A stretch of 64,000 nucleotides of DNA. It comes from Candidatus Latescibacterota bacterium. GTDB lineage: Bacteria; Latescibacterota; UBA2968; UBA8231. Positions 23,274 through 32,212 of the stretch are shown here, piece by piece. Positions within the stretch are counted from its first letter, which is position 1. Every line of letters starts with the position of its first letter. The notes beneath the pieces are model-generated. The model was not told where the DNA came from. It ran no database searches and saw only the letters and a list, made by a program, of their open reading frames with translations. The translations under genes were made by a program, and so were the position numbers. The stretch spans positions 992,001-1,056,000 of the forward strand of contig OZ241867.1 in the NCBI GenBank assembly GCA_965203175.1. Reading direction: 5' to 3'.

Positions 23274-24829
23274 GCGACCGAGCGGTGGGCTTCGACGATG
23301 AAATTGCCTGCGATATTGGTGCCGACGACCGTGGTGAAAAACAGGTAGCGCTGCAAGAATACATAGGCCACCAAGCCAGCGACGCTCAAAGTCGCCGCCG
23401 CGATCGAGACCGCACCAACGCCCAAGGTCAAGAGTCCTATCAGCGCCAACAGGGCCGCACCATTTTTGTACATCCGCAAGCGGGCGAAGTGATCGCGGTA
23501 GAGTTCGGCGCTGGCCTGGAGTTCAAAGGTCTCGCTCTCCGCCAAGTAACAGACGAAGTCCGAGTGCAATTTCGCGTAGGCTAGCAGCGCCAGCGCCGAG
23601 ACCAACTCCGAGACCTGCACGCTCAATCCCGCTTCCCCACCCAATACCAGCGCCAGCCCCAGTACTGCCGGACCGACGATCCATGCCACGGCGAAAAAAT
23701 CGACTGTGGTCTTGCGGAAATTCCACGCCGGACGGGCCGGCACCCGATAGAGCCGGGCGCTGGCGTAAATGCCGGCGATGCCCGCCGTGACCGCTACTGC
23801 CCCCAACGACAGCCGGGCACCGATTCCACCCAAGGCTTCCGCACTCACCCACCCCAAACCTTCGGTCGCCAACAGGAACGCCGCATAGGCAAAGGCGACT
23901 TTGGCAAAAAGCGCTAGCGCCAGCACTTCGCGCGACAACCAGGAGGTGCGCCAGTTGCGAATCGCGCGGAAGGCAAAGGCTGGTCGCCCCAGATGCAAAG
24001 TCGATGCGGCGAGCGAAAGACCGATCAGCCCCATCAGCACGGCGGCCAGCGTGCCGAGCGCGGTACCGGCTAGCTGCACCGCACCGCTGAGCGAACGCAG
24101 CAAGTCCACCGCGTATATCGCCGCAAAGCCCCCCAAGCCGATCTGGGTCAGCACCGTCATAAAGATCAGCGGCGAATGCGGTTCCTCCGGCTCGACAAAG
24201 TCGCCGGTGACTGGGTGCAGACTGCTGGGATCGACGCCTTTGGGCAAGGTGATCTTCGTCGAAGGCATGGAGATTTCTGGCGCGGGCATTCCCGGGGCGG
24301 CACCAGCGTCCTCGTAGGTTGCGAACACCTCCTCAAGCGGCACAGTCTCAATCTCAATCGCTCCGGCCGGGCACGCCTGTGCGCAAGCGGGCTCGCGGCT
24401 TTCTTCGAGCCGATTGACGCACATGTCGCACTTGGAGACCACGCCGCGCTCGGGCTGGAAGCTCGGCACGCTATAAGGGCAGTTCCAAGTGCAGTACTGG
24501 CAGCCAATGCAGACATCAGCTTGGTGAATGACGATGCCGCGCTCGTCAATTTTGTAGGCATCAACCGGGCAGCCCTTGGCGCAGGGGGCATCTAAGCAGT
24601 GGTTGCAACCGCTAGAAAGGAAGAAGCGCAATGTGTCGGGATACTCGCCGCCCTCGACCTCGCCGACGCGCCGCCACTGGGTATCTACGGGCAGGCCATT
24701 CTGTTCACTACAGGCGACTTCGCAGGCGTGGCAGCCGACGCAGAGATCCATGTGGAAGTGGAAGCGCGTTTGGGTCGAGCGGTTGTCCGTGCGAAAACCG
24801 GGTAGGTCGGGCTTTTCTATTATATCCAT
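23270..24829 (-). CDS. 4Fe-4S polyferredoxin (DmsB-like) fused to a DmsC/YnfH-type membrane anchor
   Basis: CVGCHACEVAC, CNHCLDAPCAKGCP, CIGCQYCTWNCP, KCDMC..CP followed by PLIFMTVLTQ, HLGRP, SWLSRE and about 8 TM helices. Confidence 0.85.
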   Translation of the reverse strand: MDIIEKPDLPGFRTDNRSTQTRFHFHMDLCVGCHACEVACSEQNGLPVDTQWRRVGEVEGGEYPDTLRFFLSSGCNHCLDAPCAKGCPVDAYKIDERGIVIHQADVCIGCQYCTWNCPYSVPSFQPERGVVSKCDMCVNRLEESREPACAQACPAGAIEIETVPLEEVFATYEDAGAAPGMPAPEISMPSTKITLPKGVDPSSLHPVTGDFVEPEEPHSPLIFMTVLTQIGLGGFAAIYAVDLLRSLSGAVQLAGTALGTLAAVLMGLIGLSLAASTLHLGRPAFAFRAIRNWRTSWLSREVLALALFAKVAFAYAAFLLATEGLGWVSAEALGGIGARLSLGAVAVTAGIAGIYASARLYRVPARPAWNFRKTTVDFFAVAWIVGPAVLGLALVLGGEAGLSVQVSELVSALALLAYAKLHSDFVCYLAESETFELQASAELYRDHFARLRMYKNGAALLALIGLLTLGVGAVSIAAATLSVAGLVAYVFLQRYLFFTTVVGTNIAGNFIVEAHRSVA

Positions 24830-24877
24830 TATCCATGGCATTCTGTTGGGACGCAAATGATTGAGCTACAGATTTTA

Positions 24878-24893
24878 AGCAAGAGTAGTGCCA
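24878..24893 (-). promoter_or_regulatory. Sigma-54 promoter (-24/-12) for the nitrate reductase/transport operon
   Basis: Minus strand TGGCACTACTCTTGCT is a perfect TGGCAC-N5-TTGCW. Confidence 0.85.
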
Positions 24894-24925
24894 AGAATGG
24901 AAAGAAAGACAGTGTGATTGTGTCT

Positions 24926-24938
24926 CAAGTCGTTGATA
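24926..24938 (-). promoter_or_regulatory. IHF binding site
   Basis: Minus strand TATCAACGACTTG matches WATCAA-N4-TTR, about 35-45 bp upstream of the sigma54 box. Confidence 0.65.
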
Positions 24939-25217
24939 AAAAATATACTTATATCATAAAAGATCTGTCTCTTGCAAAATGATTCGAACTCGTGAAATTA
25001 TCAAAAAAACTACAATATTTGTGTTTTTTGCCGTCAATAAAAAACATATTTGTGTTTTTTGGATCGCCGCACCATTACTTCTTTATCTGATCCGACCTCG
25101 ATTTTGTCGACACGGGGTTGGAGAACGCGCATTTGCGACATTTATGGACATTTTTGTCGATTTTCTGCAAAAATGTGCGCTATATCGCAGTGCCTTGCGA
25201 TTGAGTTAAATAATGCC

Positions 25218-25230
25218 TAAATAGTTGATA
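25218..25230 (-). promoter_or_regulatory. IHF binding site
   Basis: Minus strand TATCAACTATTTA matches WATCAA-N4-TTR, about 45 bp upstream of the nirB sigma54 box. Confidence 0.65.
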
Positions 25231-25274
25231 AAATTATAAATACAGCAATTTATTGAACTCCTGTATCCGCAAGC

Positions 25275-25290
25275 TGGTCTGTGTTTTGCT
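25275..25290 (+). promoter_or_regulatory. Sigma-54 promoter for nirBD
   Basis: TGGTCTGTGTTTTGCT has GG-N10-GC spacing with TTGC and lies 36 nt before the nirB ATG. Confidence 0.7.
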
Positions 25291-25326
25291 TATTGGACTT
25301 AAGCTAGTGTTTACAGGAGAAAACCG

Positions 25327-27849
25327 ATGATAGCACCAAGCGACAACAATCCGGATCGACCGCACTTAGTCGTCGTTGGCAATGGCATGGTGGGGCACCG
25401 CTTTTGCGAGGAAATGGTCGCGCGCGACGGCCAGCAGCAGTTTCGCATCCACGTCTTCTGCGAAGAGCCGCGCTTGGCCTACGACCGCGTCGGCCTCAGT
25501 AAATACTTCTCGGGCACCCCGGTCGCCGACCTAATGCTAGGTACTATTGAATGGTATCAAGAGCACGGGATTGAAACCCATATTGGCAGCCGGGCCACGG
25601 CCATACAGCGCGAGCAGGGCATCGTCACCTCCCAGCGCGGAGGGGCCATACAGTACGACCGCCTCGTACTGGCCACTGGGTCCGCCCCTTTCGTCCCACC
25701 CATCGACGGCGTCGCCAAAGAAGGCGTATTCGTCTATCGCACGATCGAAGATATAGAAGCCATTGCCGTCTACGGTCAAAAGGCACGGCGCGCGCTCGTG
25801 CTAGGCGGTGGGCTATTGGGCCTCGAAGCGGCCAAGGCCCTCGTCGATATGGGGCTGGAAACTACTGTCGTCGAATTCAACACCCGGCTGATGCCCCGCC
25901 AGATCGACGACGCGGCTTCATCGCTGCTGGTTGAGGAAATAGAGGCCCTCGGGGTCGAAGTCCTGCTCGGCAAAGGTGCGCAGCTCTTTCTCGGCGACGA
26001 CAAAGTCACAGCCGTCTCCTTTGGCGGGGAGGAGGAACGGGCCTTCGACATGGTCGTCATCTCCACCGGTATCCGCCCGCGCGACGAGCTGGCGCGCGAG
26101 TGTGGGTTAGCAACCGGCGAGCGCGGCGGCGTGGTCGTGGACGATACGCTCACCACCAGCGATCCACACATCCACGCCATTGGCGAAGTGGCCCTGCATC
26201 GCGGCATTACCTATGGCTTAGTGGCCCCGGGCTACGACATGGCCGCCATTCTCGCCGAGCGCCTCTGCGGGCCGGAAAACCCCGTCTTTACCTCGGGCGA
26301 CTTCTCGACCAAGCTCAAGCTCATGGGCGTCGATGTCGCCAATTTCGGCGACGCCTTCGGCCAAACGCCCGGCAGCCGGGTTATCTACTTCCACAGCGAT
26401 GTCGCCCGCGTGTACAAGCGGCTGACCGTTAGCGGGGAGCACCTGCTTGGCGGCATGCTGGTCGGCGACGCCTCGGAATACAACCACTTCTTGCAGATGG
26501 TCAAAAACAAGACCCCCTTGCCCGGCGATCCCCACGAACTACTGCTCGGCACATCCAGCGACAAGGCGGTCGGCTTCAATCCACAGAACCTGCCCGACGA
26601 CGCGCAGATCTGCTCGTGCAACAACGTCGCCAAGGGCACCCTCGTCCGCGCTGTAGCCGAAGGCTATACCCAACTCGGCGCACTCAAGGACGCCACGCGC
26701 GCCGGCACGGGCTGCGGCGGCTGCATACCCTTGGTAACCGACATCCTAAACGCCGAACTCACAGCCCAAGGCCTAGAAGTCAATACCCACCTCTGCGAAC
26801 ACTTCGCCTATTCGCGGCAGGAGCTGTTCCAGATTGTCAAAATCAACCGCATCAAGCGCTACGACGACTTGCTAGCCCGCTATGGCCAAGGACACGGGTG
26901 CGAGATCTGCAAACCCGCAATCGCCTCTATCTTAGCTAGCACTTGGAACGACCTCATCCTCGAACAGGAAGAACTGCAGGACACCAACGACCGCTTCCTC
27001 GCCAACATTCAGCGCGGCGGCACGTATTCGGTCATCCCCCGGGTGCCCGGCGGCGAGATTACGCCCGCCAAGCTGATCGCCCTCGGCCAAGTCGCGCAAA
27101 AGTACGACCTCTACTGCAAAATCACCGGCGGCCAGCGCGTCGATTTGCTCGGCGCACGAGTCGATCAGCTGCCCTTCATTTGGGAGGAGCTAATCGCCGC
27201 GGGCTTTGAGAGCGGGCACGCCTATGGCAAGGCCCTGCGCACGGTCAAAAGCTGCGTCGGCACCACTTGGTGCCGCTACGCCGTGCAGGACTCTACCGGC
27301 TTCGCCATCCGCATCGAAGAGCGCTACCGCGGCATCCGCGCTCCCCACAAAGTCAAGGCCGCCTGCTCGGGCTGCGTACGCGAGTGCGCCGAGGCCCAAG
27401 GCAAGGACTTTGGCTTAGTCGCCACTGAAAAAGGCTGGAATCTCTACGTTTGTGGCAACGGCGGTGCCAAACCTCAGCACGGGGTCCTGTTCGCCGCGGA
27501 TCTCGACGAGGAGACCTGTATCAAATACATCGATCGCTTCCTCATGTATTACATCCACACCGCTGACAAGCTGACCCGCACCGCCACTTGGTTCAATCAG
27601 CTAGAAGGCGGCATCGAATATCTGCGCCGCGTAATCATCGACGATCACCTCGGGATCTGCGCGCAGCTAGAGGAGGATATGGCCCACTTAGTGGCAACCT
27701 ATCAATGCGAGTGGAAGGCGGTCGTCGAAGACCCGGAGCGCCGCAAGCGCTTCCGCCACTTCGTCAACAGCGACGACGTGGACGACAATTTGCAGTGGAC
27801 ACACGAACGGGAGCAAAAGCGGCCCGTCAACTGGGAGATGGTAGTATGA
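25327..27849 (+). CDS. nirB: NAD(P)H-dependent nitrite reductase large subunit
   Basis: VVGNGMVG, GGGLLGLEAA, ICSCNNV, AGTGCGGC, GCEICKP, VKSCVGTTWC, SGCVRECAEA; RBS AGGAG. Confidence 0.96.
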   Translation: MIAPSDNNPDRPHLVVVGNGMVGHRFCEEMVARDGQQQFRIHVFCEEPRLAYDRVGLSKYFSGTPVADLMLGTIEWYQEHGIETHIGSRATAIQREQGIVTSQRGGAIQYDRLVLATGSAPFVPPIDGVAKEGVFVYRTIEDIEAIAVYGQKARRALVLGGGLLGLEAAKALVDMGLETTVVEFNTRLMPRQIDDAASSLLVEEIEALGVEVLLGKGAQLFLGDDKVTAVSFGGEEERAFDMVVISTGIRPRDELARECGLATGERGGVVVDDTLTTSDPHIHAIGEVALHRGITYGLVAPGYDMAAILAERLCGPENPVFTSGDFSTKLKLMGVDVANFGDAFGQTPGSRVIYFHSDVARVYKRLTVSGEHLLGGMLVGDASEYNHFLQMVKNKTPLPGDPHELLLGTSSDKAVGFNPQNLPDDAQICSCNNVAKGTLVRAVAEGYTQLGALKDATRAGTGCGGCIPLVTDILNAELTAQGLEVNTHLCEHFAYSRQELFQIVKINRIKRYDDLLARYGQGHGCEICKPAIASILASTWNDLILEQEELQDTNDRFLANIQRGGTYSVIPRVPGGEITPAKLIALGQVAQKYDLYCKITGGQRVDLLGARVDQLPFIWEELIAAGFESGHAYGKALRTVKSCVGTTWCRYAVQDSTGFAIRIEERYRGIRAPHKVKAACSGCVRECAEAQGKDFGLVATEKGWNLYVCGNGGAKPQHGVLFAADLDEETCIKYIDRFLMYYIHTADKLTRTATWFNQLEGGIEYLRRVIIDDHLGICAQLEEDMAHLVATYQCEWKAVVEDPERRKRFRHFVNSDDVDDNLQWTHEREQKRPVNWEMVV

Positions 27850-28205
27850 GCGAATCCATAGCAATAGAGCAGTGGGTGCGAGTCGCCCGAGTCGAGGACT
27901 TCCCCAGCAATGCTGGAGCCTGCGTCAAGCTGGGAGACGAGCAGATCGCAGTATTCAATTTTGCCTCGCACCGCGATTGGTACGCCTGCCAAAACATGTG
28001 CCCCCACAAGCGCGACATGGTCCTCTCTCGCGGCTTGATCGGCGATCGAGAAGGCACGCCCAAAGTCGCCTGCCCCCAACACAAGAAGACGTTCTCGCTG
28101 ATCGACGGAAGCAACCTCGGCGGCGAAGAGTACAGCATCAATATCTATCCAGTAAAGGTAGAACAGGGCTTCGTCTACATCGGCGCGGGCTCAACCAGCA
28201 ACTAA
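27846..28205 (+). CDS. nirD: Nitrite reductase small subunit (Rieske)
   Basis: NMCPHK...LSRGLIGD...KVACPQHKKTF; ATGA overlap with the nirB stop. Confidence 0.93.
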   Translation: MSESIAIEQWVRVARVEDFPSNAGACVKLGDEQIAVFNFASHRDWYACQNMCPHKRDMVLSRGLIGDREGTPKVACPQHKKTFSLIDGSNLGGEEYSINIYPVKVEQGFVYIGAGSTSN

Positions 28206-28220
28206 ACTGCGCTCCTTCGC

Positions 28221-28538
28221 TTAGCGTAGCAGCCGCTCGCTAAACAGCGTCCGCGCTAGAGCGCGCACATCCCGCTCACCAGCCAAATGAGTCTGCCCCA
28301 CCGACACCAACACCACCTCGACCTCCCCAAGCCCCACCCGATAGACGATGCGGAACCACCCTCCCGGCGGGCGCAGACAGCGATAGTCCTTTAGCTCGCC
28401 GACCAAGGGCCAGCCCTGTTCTTCAGGATCGATTGCCAACCCTGTGATGTATTGGTCCACTTGCTCGGCGATCCGCCGGTTGAGCAGGCCTTGCCGCGCC
28501 TCTAAAGCGCGCGGCGCCAAGACGACGCGCAACGTCAT
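28221..28538 (-). CDS. RelE/ParE family toxin
   Basis: LAIDPEEQGWPLVGELKDYRCLR...FRIVYRV; ATGA-coupled to the upstream antitoxin. Confidence 0.8.
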   Translation of the reverse strand: MTLRVVLAPRALEARQGLLNRRIAEQVDQYITGLAIDPEEQGWPLVGELKDYRCLRPPGGWFRIVYRVGLGEVEVVLVSVGQTHLAGERDVRALARTLFSERLLR

Positions 28539-28792
28539 TGCCCCTCCCAAACAGCGCGCTCGCCCGCCTCAATCTGGCGGATGCCTTCGCGCAGCGCAGC
28601 GCACTCGGCCTCGTCGCCGAGCACCTCTAACGTTTCGACAATACCCTGGTAAAGCGACCACGGCATCAGCGCGAGCACCGGCTGGCCGCGGCGCGTTACG
28701 GCGAAGGCACTTGCTTCGGGTTCGGCGGCGAAGCGATCGGGCAATTGATTCAGGACTTTGCGGGCTTCGGCGATGGGTATGGATTGGAGCAT
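28535..28792 (-). CDS. Phd/YefM family antitoxin
   Basis: IPIAEARKVL, VTRRGQPVLALM, YQGIVETLEVL; RBS GAGG. Confidence 0.85.
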   Translation of the reverse strand: MLQSIPIAEARKVLNQLPDRFAAEPEASAFAVTRRGQPVLALMPWSLYQGIVETLEVLGDEAECAALREGIRQIEAGERAVWEGQ

Positions 28793-28804
28793 ATTTTCCT
28801 CTTT

Positions 28805-28835
28805 TGTACCGTATATAGTACTAAATTGAGTACTT
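28805..28835. promoter_or_regulatory. Probable antitoxin operator: three GTAC palindromic cores at 12-bp spacing
   Basis: GTAC at 28806, 28818 and 28830 immediately upstream of the antitoxin start. Confidence 0.6.
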
Positions 28836-29137
28836 TTGGCGATGGTCTGGACGGCCCATAATTGTAGTATATTTCCATGAAATCGCGCGAGCGTGAAATT
28901 TGTCAATGGATAACCTATTAATAATACACTACTTTTGCGAATCCCGAAAAAGGCACGTACTTGTATGTACATCTAAAGGTGCAAAAAAACGTACTTTAAT
29001 GCAAAGCTAAAATTTCAATCAGACTCGACGAGATGTTAGCTGCGATATAATTGAATTAAGTGGCGGTGTGGACCGCTTTTTTGAGCGCGTTTACTTCCCC
29101 GTTGGCATTCCCTTTTCCCACACTTATATTTCCGCGC

Positions 29138-30001
29138 ATGTCCGACGGCGAATTCATCCGGCCCTTTCCCGCGCTCACCCCCGCCCAACGCTATCACCTC
29201 GAAGTCTATGGCTATGTGGTGATTGAAAACGCGATCGAGCAAGACTTGGCGGATCGCCTGCTAGAGGCTATGCTCCGGCTCAAACGCGACCTCCTGTCCA
29301 CCCCAGACCCAGCCAAAGCTAGCGTCCGCAACTGCCGTCTCTCCTCCTATCGGCCTCACTACCTGCACTTTGCCCACATCCTCGAAGCCGATCCCGCGAT
29401 TTTCGCATACCTAACTCATCCGCGCTTAGTCGGCATGGCCGAGGAGCTCGTCGGCGGCAGCGTGCGCCTCGAAGAATCAGAGGCCGTCGTCAACGAGCGA
29501 GATCCGGAGATCGACCTCGCTGCCGCGCCGCGCTACGGCTTCCACACCGGTACCACCCCAGACGTGGGCACGTACGTCGAAAACGGCCTCTACCACTGCA
29601 CCTTTGTCAAAACCCTGACTAACCTCACAGAGCTAGGCCCGGACGACGGCGGCACCGTGGTCATCGCCGGCAGCCACAAAGTCAAATGCGACCGCGAGAC
29701 CATCATCGCGGCGGCGTACGAAGACCCCGCGCTGATCCACCAAGTGGTCGCGCCCGCTGGGTCAACCCTGCTCTTTGGCGAGGCCCTGATTCACGCCACC
29801 GGCCAGATCCGCTCCGACCGCGAGCGCGTCATCGTCATCGGCGGCTATACCCCGCCGATGTTCCAAGCCTGGAACGGCCAAGAGCCGAGCGCTGAATTCA
29901 TCGCCCAAACGCCCGAACCTCTCAAGCCGCTCATTGCCGGCAGCGACAAGTGGCACTGGCAGCAGCGCCGTCGCCGCCTCGACATGCCGGTCGCCCCGTG
30001 A
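29138..30001 (+). CDS. Phytanoyl-CoA dioxygenase (PhyH) family protein
   Basis: GYVVIENA, FHTG, GGTVVIAGSHK, GSTLLFGEALIH. Confidence 0.8.
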   Translation: MSDGEFIRPFPALTPAQRYHLEVYGYVVIENAIEQDLADRLLEAMLRLKRDLLSTPDPAKASVRNCRLSSYRPHYLHFAHILEADPAIFAYLTHPRLVGMAEELVGGSVRLEESEAVVNERDPEIDLAAAPRYGFHTGTTPDVGTYVENGLYHCTFVKTLTNLTELGPDDGGTVVIAGSHKVKCDRETIIAAAYEDPALIHQVVAPAGSTLLFGEALIHATGQIRSDRERVIVIGGYTPPMFQAWNGQEPSAEFIAQTPEPLKPLIAGSDKWHWQQRRRRLDMPVAP

Positions 30002-30996
30002 TCCAACTCGCGCACCCATACTTATTGTTCCTCGGCGACGCCGCCGACCAGCTAGCCGCCAAAACGGCCGTTGGCGTCGCCCAGTGGCGGCCCGAACACT
30101 GCATTGGTCAGCTCCGCCTTCCCGACTGCCACGCCGACCTCGGACTGCCCGACCAAACCCTCGCCGAAGCCCGCGCCGCTGGTGCCCGCACCCTCATCAT
30201 TGGCGTCGCCAATCGCGGCGGCACCATCTCCGACCTCTGGCGCGAGACCTTCCTGCAGGCCATCGACCTCGGCTACGATCTCGCCAGTGGCCTGCACACG
30301 CGCCTTGGCACCATCCCCGGCTTGGCCGACCGCGCCCGCGCAAAGGGCACTCGCCTCGTAGATGCGCGCTTTTCCGACCGCGCTTTTCCCATTGCAACCG
30401 GCGTCAAACGCCCGGGCAAACGCCTGCTCACCGTCGGCACCGACTGCTCGGTCGGCAAGATGTTCACCGCGCTGGCCATTGAGCGCGAGATGCAGGCGCG
30501 AGGCATGGCCTGCACCTTCCGCGCCACCGGCCAAACCGGCATCTTCATCGCTGGGACCGGTGTTGCCGTTGACGCCGTAGTCTCCGACTTCCTCGCTGGC
30601 TCCGTCGAGGTCCTGACCCCGGCCAACCACCCCGAACACTGGGACCTAGTCGAAGGCCAAGGTTCGCTGTTCCACGCCTCCTACGCCGGCGTGTCGCTGG
30701 GCCTCATGCACGGTGCCCAACCCGACGCGCTCGTCCTCTGCCACGATCCCAACCGGCCCCACATGCGCGGCCTACCCGAATACCAACTGCCCGATCTGCT
30801 CGACTGCATTCGCCTCAACGAGCAGTGCGGCCGGCTCACCAACCCGGCCTGCCGCACCGTTGGCATTGCAGTCAACACCTCGCACTTGCCGGAAGACCGC
30901 GCCGCCGAACTGCTCGAAACCATTGAACGCCAAGCCGGCCTGCCCGCAGTCGATCCGCTGCGCCAAGGGGCCGCGCGCTTGGTCGATGCCCTGTGA
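29998..30996 (+). CDS. dgcN: DUF1611 family protein, D-glutamate N-acetyltransferase DgcN-like
   Basis: PYLLFLGDA..AAKTA.G, VGTDCSVGKMFT, RATGQTGI, EGQGSLFH; adjacent to an enolase-family epimerase. Confidence 0.85.
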   Translation: MIQLAHPYLLFLGDAADQLAAKTAVGVAQWRPEHCIGQLRLPDCHADLGLPDQTLAEARAAGARTLIIGVANRGGTISDLWRETFLQAIDLGYDLASGLHTRLGTIPGLADRARAKGTRLVDARFSDRAFPIATGVKRPGKRLLTVGTDCSVGKMFTALAIEREMQARGMACTFRATGQTGIFIAGTGVAVDAVVSDFLAGSVEVLTPANHPEHWDLVEGQGSLFHASYAGVSLGLMHGAQPDALVLCHDPNRPHMRGLPEYQLPDLLDCIRLNEQCGRLTNPACRTVGIAVNTSHLPEDRAAELLETIERQAGLPAVDPLRQGAARLVDAL

Positions 30997-32048
30997 CCCA
31001 CTTCTCCGTCCGCAGCGAGAGCTTCCCTCTCGCCCAGACCTTCACCATCTCGCGCGGAGCCAAAACCACCGCCGATGTCGTCGTCGTCGAACTGAACCGC
31101 GACGGCTGCGTTGGCCGCGGCGAGTGCGTCCCTTACCCCCGCTACAACGAAAGCGTGGCCGGAACCATAGACGCGCTAGAATCGCTGCGCCCACAGGTAG
31201 AAGCCGGCCTCGACGGCTCGACGACTCGACTGAGCGGTTCGGCTGAGCTCACCGTCGAAGCCTCGCCGAAGTCTGAGCTCGCCGAAGTCCGAGCGGCATT
31301 GCAACGCACTCTGCCGCCCGGTGCCGCCCGCAACGCCTTGGACTGCGCCCTGTGGGATCTAGAAGCTAAAATCAGCGACCGCCCTGCCTATGAACTGGCC
31401 GGATTAGCAACACCGCGTCCAATATCGACGGCCTACACCCTCTCGCTCGACGATCCAGAAACCATGGGCCGAGCCGCTGCCCAGCACGCCGACCGCCCGC
31501 TGCTCAAGATCAAACTCGCCGGTCGCGACGATCTCGACCGCGTCGCCGCAATCCGCGCCAATGCCCCAGACTCGACCCTGATCGTCGATGCCAACGAAGG
31601 CTGGTCCGCCGACCAAGTCGAACCGCTCTCAACCGCCCTAGCTCGTTTGGGCGTCGCGCTCATCGAACAACCCCTGCCCGCCGACCAAGACGCCCTGCTC
31701 GCCGAGTTGGAACACCCGGTCCCCTTCTGCGCCGACGAATCCTGCCACACTGCCGCCGATCTCGCGGAACTAGCCGCCCGCTACGAATGCGTCAACCTCA
31801 AGCTCGACAAGACCGGCGGCTTCAGCGAGGGCCTGCGCTTGGCCGCCGAGGCGCGCGCGTGCGGATTGGACTTGATGGTCGGCTGCATGATCGCCACCTC
31901 GCTGGCTATGGCGCCGGCTGTCCTGCTGGCGCAACAAGCCCGCTTCGTCGATCTCGACGGCCCCCTGCTCCTGCAAAAAGATCGGGAACGCGGGCTGCGC
32001 TACGAAGGCAGCCTCCTCCATCCGCCCCATCCTCAACTCTGGGGATAG
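30993..32048 (+). CDS. dgcA: N-acetyl-D-Glu racemase DgcA / L-Ala-D/L-Glu epimerase (enolase superfamily) carrying a 25-aa insertion
   Basis: FTISRG, GRGECVPY, KIKL, VDANEGW, EQP, ADES, KLDKTGG, DLDGP. Confidence 0.88.
   Translation: MTHFSVRSESFPLAQTFTISRGAKTTADVVVVELNRDGCVGRGECVPYPRYNESVAGTIDALESLRPQVEAGLDGSTTRLSGSAELTVEASPKSELAEVRAALQRTLPPGAARNALDCALWDLEAKISDRPAYELAGLATPRPISTAYTLSLDDPETMGRAAAQHADRPLLKIKLAGRDDLDRVAAIRANAPDSTLIVDANEGWSADQVEPLSTALARLGVALIEQPLPADQDALLAELEHPVPFCADESCHTAADLAELAARYECVNLKLDKTGGFSEGLRLAAEARACGLDLMVGCMIATSLAMAPAVLLAQQARFVDLDGPLLLQKDRERGLRYEGSLLHPPHPQLWG
31215..31289 (+). mobile_element. Triple nested insertion of a short palindromic (REP-like) element within dgcA
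   Basis: GGCTCGAC[GACTCGACTGAGC[GGTTCGGCTGAGCTCACCGTCGAAGCC]TCGCCGAAGTC]TGAGCTCGCCGAAGTC = 24+24+27 bp. Confidence 0.75.
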
Positions 32049-32154
32049 GGGACTCGCGCGTCGGCAAACCTTGCTGGACGCAGGTGGCGATTGAGTGTAT
32101 TCTTCCCCAAGAATCTATAGCACGATTCGAGCTGCGGATCGTCTTGTTCTACCC

Positions 32155-32184
32155 TTCTGCGTCTATCTGCGTCCATCTGCGGAT
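32155..32184. repeat. Intergenic 10-bp periodic repeat (ATCTGCGTCY)n
   Basis: TTCTGCGTCT-ATCTGCGTCC-ATCTGCGGAT between dgcA and the C39 gene. Confidence 0.55.
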
Positions 32185-32212
32185 CACCTTGCAAATCATG
32201 TAGGAATGCTAT

